NCBI GenBank assembly: GCA_044360305.1
Contig: JBIKKQ010000002.1
Location: 1-63,296, forward strand
Reading direction: 5' to 3'
Length of the DNA stretch: 63,296 bases
DNA from: Pirellulales bacterium
GTDB taxonomy: Bacteria > Planctomycetota > Planctomycetia > Pirellulales > UBA1268
Part shown: piece after piece, positions 38,201 through 44,089 of the stretch
Layout of the letters: every line of letters starts with the position of its first letter
How positions within the stretch are numbered: position 1 is the first letter of the stretch
Notes under the pieces: generated by a model
Databases searched by the model: none
Told to the model about the DNA's origin: nothing
Seen by the model: only the letters and a program-made list of their open reading frames with translations
Program-made: the position numbers and the translations under genes

Positions 38201-38999
38201 CGACATCAAGAAGGAGCCGGGCATGTCGCTGGCTCAGGCGGAGTTCTGGTCCGACACGTTCGACCGGCTCGCCGACGACCTCGTGCCGCCGCCGGAGGGT
38301 GGTGGCGGCGGCGGCGGTGGCGGTGGCGGCGGTGGCGAAGCGCCCCCCAGCGTCCCTCCCGATGTCGTGCTGGAGACGATGCGAATCCTCGAGGCCGAGG
38401 TGAACCTGCGCGAGGAGACCCGGGTCGCGGAGCAGAACCGCAAGGAGGTCGCCGCGGAGGAATTCGCGGCCACCGGCAAGAAGCTCGGCAAGGCCCAGGA
38501 CGCCCTCGCCGATCGCGTGGTGCGGATGGTCGATCGGCTGCTCGAGGAGGAGAACGGCGAGCAGGCATTCGGCCGTGAGATCCAACTCTTCGAGAAGGTG
38601 GAGGAGGTCATGGCCGAGGTGGCCGACATCCTCCGGCGGCCCGACACCGGCAAGGAGGCCATCGCCGCCGAGACGGAGGTGATCGAGCTGCTCCTCGAGG
38701 CCCAGACGCCGAGTGGTGGCGGCGGTGGTGGTGGTGGCGGCGGCGGCGGTGGTGGTTCCCCAAGTGGCGGCGCAGGCGGCGGCAACGGCGGTACCACGCC
38801 GGGCAGCGGCGGCACCGGCACGACCAGCGCCCTCGCCGAGATCCTCCGCGGTTCCGGCAACAAGACGAAGGGGGGCAGTGGCAACCAGAGCGAAGGAGGC
38901 AAGGAGGCTGCGACCGGTACCGCCGGCCGTGACCTGCCGGCCGAGTATCGCGACGGGCTCGACCAGTACTTCAACGAACTGGAGAGGCAGCGCCGATGA
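35259..38999 (+). CDS. 1246-aa membrane-anchored low-complexity giant protein
   Basis: Two N-terminal TM helices, about 600 aa of beta-rich repeats, a coiled-coil, 11 G(K/Q/E)PG(E/Q) pentapeptides, three poly-Gly tracts (9, 13 and 14 Gly), and a helical C-terminal region. GC3-rich codons throughout. Confidence 0.7.
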   Translation: MSTVEPSIGQGGRGIILPADLEGRLYAFRGLVWRIKVAEAVCGALFGLMLAYLLQFGLDRVMETPQWVRLALFAGSIIGCAVVPLAVHRWIWNHRRLDQVARLIARRFPSMGDQLLGIIEIVREFAAGPNGGEQGRSRALCEAAIGQVATQSVRYDFSQAVPHARHRLWAMIAAVPVVVALAAAVLAPAAAANAWARLLAPWKAVERFTFTRVEKLPQELVVPIGEPAPLTVGLAADTQWKPDGAIARVGRQRPLTAQRGEEGYAFTLPPQLDGSTLSLAVGDARGRTKIVPMLRPEIETVVAEVKLPEYLKRGDTLRQDVRGGSLSPVKGSTVTLAATATRDLATATVDGVEVTPEGATIRTGQIATKGESRVSLEWQDRHGLQGAKPLVLNVSPRNDDAPTVTTLDVPANREFLLTSDTLRFKIAVRDDFGIRRVGIEWEGQADEGTAPDKGDRLLQNGGPLVDAINDVAATFCPDALGVRPQPLVLRAFAEDYLPGRGRVYSPPMLVYVVDKAEHALLMNERLNRLRRDITEVKDKEQKLFLDNVDLRLKPADSLLTPEGRQELEAHARAEDEQAERLQAAVEKGADLVREAGKNSEFDPATLQKLADDLKTLSDLSENKMPSVKDLLMQAAKAKQPTAAGKPSADQLAGKPSEGKPGEGKPGEGQPGEGEPGEGQPGEGKPGEGKPGQGKPGQGKPGQGKPGDNQQANEGGQEEGKDPADESGKTPGEDGKDQVDAVAKKGGGKPGEQGEPSPQGPKVGNDRNEQGGGEGGKPGKPADTVAPSVVDNESSQQPKDPNQKGSDGGGGKAPPPRLGLPKTAAGVAPPKDGDGGGGGGGGGEEEEEPPADEALADAIEAQRKLLEEFAKVADDLAKVMANLEGSTFVKRLKLLSRRELAIAGGLAAIKPAGFGKGGSHPADVAKHVREVAEAHGRETMTLSNIMDDMQAYFDRRQLPAFRSVLEEMKGLDALGGLRALTDDIKKEPGMSLAQAEFWSDTFDRLADDLVPPPEGGGGGGGGGGGGGEAPPSVPPDVVLETMRILEAEVNLREETRVAEQNRKEVAAEEFAATGKKLGKAQDALADRVVRMVDRLLEEENGEQAFGREIQLFEKVEEVMAEVADILRRPDTGKEAIAAETEVIELLLEAQTPSGGGGGGGGGGGGGGSPSGGAGGGNGGTTPGSGGTGTTSALAEILRGSGNKTKGGSGNQSEGGKEAATGTAGRDLPAEYRDGLDQYFNELERQRR
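37215..37379 (+). repeat. 15-bp in-frame tandem repeat, 11 units, inside the giant CDS
   Basis: GGCAAGCCTGGCGAG-type units encoding GKPSE GKPGE GKPGE GQPGE GEPGE GQPGE GKPGE GKPGQ GKPGQ GKPGQ GKPGD. Confidence 0.95.
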
Positions 39000-40078
39000 A
39001 CGGAAGCATGCGATCAGCCCGCTACCATTGGGCTTGGCTCACGATCACGTTGACCGTGGTCGCCGCCGGTTTCGGGGCGGCGACCACTGAGGCTCAGGTC
39101 GTGGTCATCGGACAGATGCGTTTTGGCGATGGAGCCGTAATGGGCTTTCCGCGGTCAGCGCGGCCGGTGGACGAGGGGAGCGGCCTGATTGCCGGCGACG
39201 ACTTTCGCCGCATCGGCGATCCGTGGTGGGACGACGTGGCCCGGGACGACGGCGGTGACGCCCTGCCCGCGGTGAAGCAAAGGCCTGCCGAGCCGGTGCC
39301 CGTGCCGCCGGTCGCGTTGAATCCCGACGGCTCCGAGAAGCTGCTCGACGCGGCCACGTTGTCGCGCGAGCAGCGGGAGTCGCTTTTTACGGAGTCGGCC
39401 CGGCTGGCGGCGATTACCGGGATGATGTCGCTGCGCCGCGAGCTTACGGCCGTGCGTCACGTCCGTCCGGCGCTCGACGAGCAGCAGCGGTCGTTCGTGC
39501 TCGCCGCCGGGCGGAAGGCCCTGCGCGAGAGGCTCTCGGCGCTCGCCGAGAAGCCGCTGACGCGATGGAAGAAGGAGCAGAAGCGGTCCCTCGAGGACAC
39601 GATCCGCGAGGCACTGGCCGCCTCGCTCGCCGCCAACGAATCGGACGCAGCCCGAGACGCGTATGTCGCCGAGGTGGCCCGGCGTGACGAGCGTCGGAAG
39701 CGGGCCGCGGTGGACGTGGTCGTGGCCGAGATCGACCGTGACGCCCGGCTCAGCATCGCTGAGCGGACGCGGCTCACCGACGGGCTCGTCGAGTCGTATC
39801 GGGAGTCATGGCGGGGCCTGACCGAGGCGTTCGCCGGCGACCAGGCGTTTGCCGTCGGCATGCCGTTGCCCAACGGTCTCGATCGAAGCGTGGAACGCCT
39901 TCTCGGCAAGCAACGGGCCGGTGAGTGGCAGGCCCGCCGCCAGACGGCCTTGCAGGAAGTCGGCATGCAGGTGGGACATGCCCAGATGCACCAAATCCGC
40001 GCCGGTGGTCGGGCGATTCTTGTGCGACCCAATGGCCCGGCCCTGCCGCAGGCGGACGTCGAGGCCGAGGCAAACTGA
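38996..40078 (+). CDS. secreted helical protein, type-1 member of a duplicated pair
   Basis: ATGA overlap with the upstream gene. Signal peptide (WLTITLTVVAAGFGAATTEA). VVVAEIDRDARLSIAERTRLTDGLVESY aligns with VLVADIDRVLDLSAEQRSAIDAALESQW of 42162..43130. Confidence 0.6.
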   Translation: MNGSMRSARYHWAWLTITLTVVAAGFGAATTEAQVVVIGQMRFGDGAVMGFPRSARPVDEGSGLIAGDDFRRIGDPWWDDVARDDGGDALPAVKQRPAEPVPVPPVALNPDGSEKLLDAATLSREQRESLFTESARLAAITGMMSLRRELTAVRHVRPALDEQQRSFVLAAGRKALRERLSALAEKPLTRWKKEQKRSLEDTIREALAASLAANESDAARDAYVAEVARRDERRKRAAVDVVVAEIDRDARLSIAERTRLTDGLVESYRESWRGLTEAFAGDQAFAVGMPLPNGLDRSVERLLGKQRAGEWQARRQTALQEVGMQVGHAQMHQIRAGGRAILVRPNGPALPQADVEAEAN

Positions 40079-40085
40079 GGCTGCC

Positions 40086-41015
40086 ATGCTGACCGCGATC
40101 CATGCCGGGTCCGGGAGCCGACGACCTCGGGCCGGCGCGATCCTGCTCGCGGTTCTCGCCGCCGCCGGTGGCGTTCGCTGCAGCGGCCAGGATCAGGTTC
40201 AACTGCTCCAATTCGGTGGCGGCCAGGGGGCATTCGACCTCGGCGCCCAATTCGATCAGGCCGTGTTCGGCGGCGTCGCGAATCCCGGTCGTCCGGCCGA
40301 CGGCGACACGGCGGACCGGCTGAAGCGGGTCCGCGCGGCGGGCGAGGACCGGATCGAGCAGATCCACCGGGTCGTGAACCTGTCCGCCGAGCAACGCGCG
40401 AAACTCCGCGTGGCGATGGAGGCGGACGTGGGCCGGCTCGCCGAGGAGATCGACGGCATCCGGGCCGGCTACGAAGGGCAAAAACTCGCGGTGAACCCCG
40501 ACGGGACGGGGCAGGAGAAACTGCAGGAGCGGATGCAGCAGATGCAGAACGACATCGCGGCGTGCCAGCGGATGATCGCGGCCACGTTCGGACCGGCGGC
40601 CCTGCTCTCCAAGGTCCTCGGCGACACGCTCGACGAGCGGCAGAACAAGCTCTACGCGGAGGCGCTGGCCATCCGGCGCGGGGGCCTGTGGAAGGCCCTG
40701 ATCGGGGCCGCACTGACGGCGCAGGATGGCGTGCTCGGTCTCACGCAGGGGCAACACGAGGCGGTCGAGGCCCTGCTCATGGCCGACCCGCCGCCGCTCG
40801 TCCTCGAGCGGACCCCGCGGCGCGGGCCCGGCACGACCCTGCCCGCCGTCGGTCTGGTGATGCTGCGGCTCGATCAACTTGGCGACGAGAAGCTGGCCGC
40901 GGTGCTCGATCCGCGGCAGCGGGCCGTGGTCGCGGCGCTGGCGAGACAGCATGGCGAGCCGGCCGAGGTGCAGGCGCAGTTGGTCGCGGCCGGCATCCTG
41001 GAGGAGAGTCCGTGA
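40086..41015 (+). CDS. secreted helical protein, type-2 member of a duplicated pair
   Basis: ATG lies 7 nt after the upstream stop. Signal-like AILLAVLAAAGG. Blocks IEQIHRVVNLSAEQRAKLRVAMEAD and LGLTQGQHEAVEALLMA align with 43130..44089. Confidence 0.6.
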   Translation: MLTAIHAGSGSRRPRAGAILLAVLAAAGGVRCSGQDQVQLLQFGGGQGAFDLGAQFDQAVFGGVANPGRPADGDTADRLKRVRAAGEDRIEQIHRVVNLSAEQRAKLRVAMEADVGRLAEEIDGIRAGYEGQKLAVNPDGTGQEKLQERMQQMQNDIAACQRMIAATFGPAALLSKVLGDTLDERQNKLYAEALAIRRGGLWKALIGAALTAQDGVLGLTQGQHEAVEALLMADPPPLVLERTPRRGPGTTLPAVGLVMLRLDQLGDEKLAAVLDPRQRAVVAALARQHGEPAEVQAQLVAAGILEESP

Positions 41016-41029
41016 ACGAAGGAGAAGCG

Positions 41030-42139
41030 ATGCAAGGGCATGGCAGGCTGGTGGCGATCGTGGCGCTGGTCTTCGGGGTCGTGGCCGGCCATCTGGCCGG
41101 GGCGCAGACGCCGCTTGTCAAGTACGGCGACCCGGTGCCGCGCGACGTGCGCGAGATCTACGACGCAGGGCTCCGCTACCTCCTCAAGACCCAGGCCGAG
41201 GACGGCTCGTGGAAGGACGGCCAGGCGGGTCCGGGCGTGACGGGCATGCCGTTGATGGTGCTCCTCGCCTCGGGCGAGGATCCGAATTACGGCCCCTACC
41301 GCGTCCCCATCCGCAAGGCGCTGCGGAGCATCATCGAGGGCCAGGACCCGAACGTCGGCTACCTCTGCAACGCCAACAACGGCCACGACAGCATGTATCA
41401 GCACGGCTTCGCCATGCTGTCCCTGGCCGAGGCCTACGGCGTGGTGGACGACCGCACGCTGTGGACGGAGCCCGGCGCCAAGGCGGGGGGCAAGGGGGCG
41501 GGGCGGTCGATCGGCAAGGCGCTGGAACTGGCGGTGCGGTGCGCCGTGACCAGCGGCAAGCAGAATCCGACGGGGGGCTGGCGGTACGGCCCGGAGGCGA
41601 AGGACGCCGACACGTCGGTGAGCGGCGCCGTGCTCATGGGGCTGCTCGCGGCCCGGAACTCGGGGATCGAGGTGCCGGACGAGACGATCGACCGGGCGAT
41701 CAAGTACTACGTGACGATGACCTCCGGCAACGGGCAGGTGGGCTATTCGGGGGGCGCCGGCGGCGGCAGCCCCGCGGTGACCTCGATCGGCGTGCTCGTC
41801 TACTCGATCGCCCGCCGGCAGGAACTGCCTCAGTACAAGGCGGCCTCGAAGTATCTCGTCAGCCTGAGCACCGGCGGCGGTGCGGGCATGGGGGGCATGG
41901 GGCACGGCTACCCGGGCTACACCGAGTATTACCAGGCACAGGCCCTGTTCCAGGCCGATGTCGAGGCGTGGCGGAGATGGAACGACGGGCTCGTCAAGCA
42001 GCTCAAGCGGATGCAGCAGAAGGACGGCAGCCTTGCCGGAGGACAGCGGGGTGGCATGATGGGTGGCACGGTGGGCACGTCGCTCTACCTGCTTTCGCTG
42101 GCGGTGAATTTCAAGTTTCTGCCGGTCTACGAGCGCTGA
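41030..42139 (+). CDS. secreted prenyltransferase/squalene-oxidase-repeat (alpha-alpha toroid) protein
   Basis: GGAGAAG lies upstream, followed by a signal peptide. Repeated Q-W-like units (GLRYLLKTQAEDGSW, TSGKQNPTGGWRY, SVSGAVLMGLLAARNSG, KRMQQKDGSL) are typical of terpenoid-cyclase/prenyltransferase-like repeats. Confidence 0.75.
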   Translation: MQGHGRLVAIVALVFGVVAGHLAGAQTPLVKYGDPVPRDVREIYDAGLRYLLKTQAEDGSWKDGQAGPGVTGMPLMVLLASGEDPNYGPYRVPIRKALRSIIEGQDPNVGYLCNANNGHDSMYQHGFAMLSLAEAYGVVDDRTLWTEPGAKAGGKGAGRSIGKALELAVRCAVTSGKQNPTGGWRYGPEAKDADTSVSGAVLMGLLAARNSGIEVPDETIDRAIKYYVTMTSGNGQVGYSGGAGGGSPAVTSIGVLVYSIARRQELPQYKAASKYLVSLSTGGGAGMGGMGHGYPGYTEYYQAQALFQADVEAWRRWNDGLVKQLKRMQQKDGSLAGGQRGGMMGGTVGTSLYLLSLAVNFKFLPVYER

Positions 42140-42161
42140 CGCGCATCCCGGGAGCCGCCTC

Positions 42162-43130
42162 ATGGCACCGCGTTTCTGGCTCACCGTCGCCCTGTTCATC
42201 GCCGCTGCCGGCGCCGCCGCGACGCTCCATGCCGAGGACGACGCCGCGCGGAAGGCCGAGCAGCAGAAGGCCGAGGCCGAGGCCAAGGCCAAGATGAAGG
42301 CCGACGCCGAGGCCAAGCAGAAGGCCGAGGCCGCAAAGAGGGCCGAGGCGGCGCAGGCGAGGCAGGCGATGCAGGTGGAGTTGCAGAAAGTCGTCGTCAC
42401 CGACCTCGATCCTGCCAGCGACGGGCCGCAGCCCGAGGGAGATCCGAAGGCGATCCAGGTCTGGCAGCGAAAGCAGCAGATCCGGCAGCACGCCGGGAAC
42501 CTCCAAGCCCAGATTCAGCCGCTGCTCCGCGGCGAGCTCGAGCTGATCCGGCAAACCTGCGGCGGCCTCGACGCGGCGGCCCGACGCCGCGTGTTGTCTT
42601 CCGGCACGGTCGCCCTGGCAAAAGCCGCTCTCGACGCCGCCAACGCGCAGTTCGGTCGTGGCGGCCACCAGGTTGTGACTGGACAGGTCATGTCGAAGAG
42701 CCTGGCCACGGCGTTGGAAAAGGAGGCCAGTGCCGAGGAGTTCGCCGCCTACCGGGCCGAGCAGCAGCAGCGATCGGCCCGCCGCCGCCAGGTGGCGCGG
42801 CGAGTCCTCGTCGCGGACATCGACCGGGTCCTGGATCTTTCCGCCGAGCAGCGGTCCGCGATCGACGCCGCGCTCGAAAGCCAGTGGCAGGAAGGCTGGC
42901 CGACGTCGTCGAGCGTGGTTGCCGACAACCAGATTGCGCCGGACTTCGCCGAGGGCTGCATCCTCCCGAGCCTGTCGCCACGGCAACGGGAGACGTGGAG
43001 GTCGTGGTGTGAGCATCGCGGCTGGAAGAAGATGGTGGCGCAGAATCCGCACTTCGCCGGTGCGATGCAGTTCCAAAGGAATCATCTCGGCCATGTGGTT
43101 ATGCAGGCCGACGCGTGGTGGGGCGACTGA
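42162..43130 (+). CDS. secreted helical protein, type-1 (second copy)
   Basis: Signal peptide, then an AEQQKAEAEAKAKMKADAEAKQKAEAAKRAEAAQARQA coiled-coil. Homology blocks with 38996..40078. Confidence 0.6.
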   Translation: MAPRFWLTVALFIAAAGAAATLHAEDDAARKAEQQKAEAEAKAKMKADAEAKQKAEAAKRAEAAQARQAMQVELQKVVVTDLDPASDGPQPEGDPKAIQVWQRKQQIRQHAGNLQAQIQPLLRGELELIRQTCGGLDAAARRRVLSSGTVALAKAALDAANAQFGRGGHQVVTGQVMSKSLATALEKEASAEEFAAYRAEQQQRSARRRQVARRVLVADIDRVLDLSAEQRSAIDAALESQWQEGWPTSSSVVADNQIAPDFAEGCILPSLSPRQRETWRSWCEHRGWKKMVAQNPHFAGAMQFQRNHLGHVVMQADAWWGD

Positions 43131-44089
43131 TGGAACGATCCCACGATGGGCGCGAAACGAGCCGGAGCCGTGGCGGGGCGGTGTGGGTCATCGTCGTCGT
43201 CGGCCTGCTCGCAGCGTCCATGAGCCGGGCGGACGACGACATCGTCGTGGAGGAGGGGCCGGTTGGGGTGCAGGAGGGCGGCCGGGTGGTGAACGCGAGA
43301 ATCGGCGGTCGCGTTGCCCAGCCCAACCTGACAGCGCACTACGACTCGGTTTTGTTCGGTGTTTTCGACGCCGCGCGGATGCCGTTTCCGCATCCGGCTG
43401 CGAAGCCTGCGCCGCAGCAGGCCTCCCCGCGCGATCGGGTGGGCCTGATCGCGGACGAGGTCCTGCGACGCATCGATGCCGTCGTCGGTCTGACGGCGGC
43501 GCAGCGCGATCGGCTCCGGCAGGCGATCGACGGCGACCTCGAGCCGGCGATCGAGCAGATCGAGGCCGATCGCCGGCGGTATGCGGACCTGCCCCCGGCT
43601 GGTGATCAGTTCGCGCAGCAGGCAACGTACGCCAGGCTTCAGGAGGATGCCCTCGGCGGCCGGGAGTTGCTCGCCCGGGCCTGGGATTCCGACTCACTGC
43701 TCCAGAAGATCCTGCCCACGACGCTCGACGCGGAGCAAGACGACCGTCTGCACGCCGCCCTCGCCGCCCGCCTGGCCGGTCGCTGGGGAGCGGCCGTGGC
43801 GGTGGCACTCGACACGCTCGACGAGTCGCTCGGCCTGACGACGAAGCAGCATGCGGCCCTGGAACAGGCGCTGCTGGCCAGGCAGCCGCGATTGCGGGTT
43901 CTGCTGCCGCCGGGCCTGGATAACAGCCATACGCGGTTTCAGTTGGTGTGCATCCAACTGGCCGCGATGGACGAAGCCGATCTGAAACCGCTCGTCACCG
44001 ACCGGCAGTGGGCCGCTCTCGAGGGCTGGCGGCAGAATGGCCACACCATGCTGCCGCATTTCGTGAAACAGGGGTGGTACGAGCCATGA
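43130..44089 (+). CDS. secreted helical protein, type-2 (second copy)
   Basis: ATG 43130 overlaps the upstream TGA by 1 nt. TM/signal VWVIVVVGLLAAS. LRRIDAVVGLTAAQRDRLRQAIDGD and LGLTTKQHAALEQALLA align with 40086..41015. Confidence 0.6.
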   Translation: MERSHDGRETSRSRGGAVWVIVVVGLLAASMSRADDDIVVEEGPVGVQEGGRVVNARIGGRVAQPNLTAHYDSVLFGVFDAARMPFPHPAAKPAPQQASPRDRVGLIADEVLRRIDAVVGLTAAQRDRLRQAIDGDLEPAIEQIEADRRRYADLPPAGDQFAQQATYARLQEDALGGRELLARAWDSDSLLQKILPTTLDAEQDDRLHAALAARLAGRWGAAVAVALDTLDESLGLTTKQHAALEQALLARQPRLRVLLPPGLDNSHTRFQLVCIQLAAMDEADLKPLVTDRQWAALEGWRQNGHTMLPHFVKQGWYEP

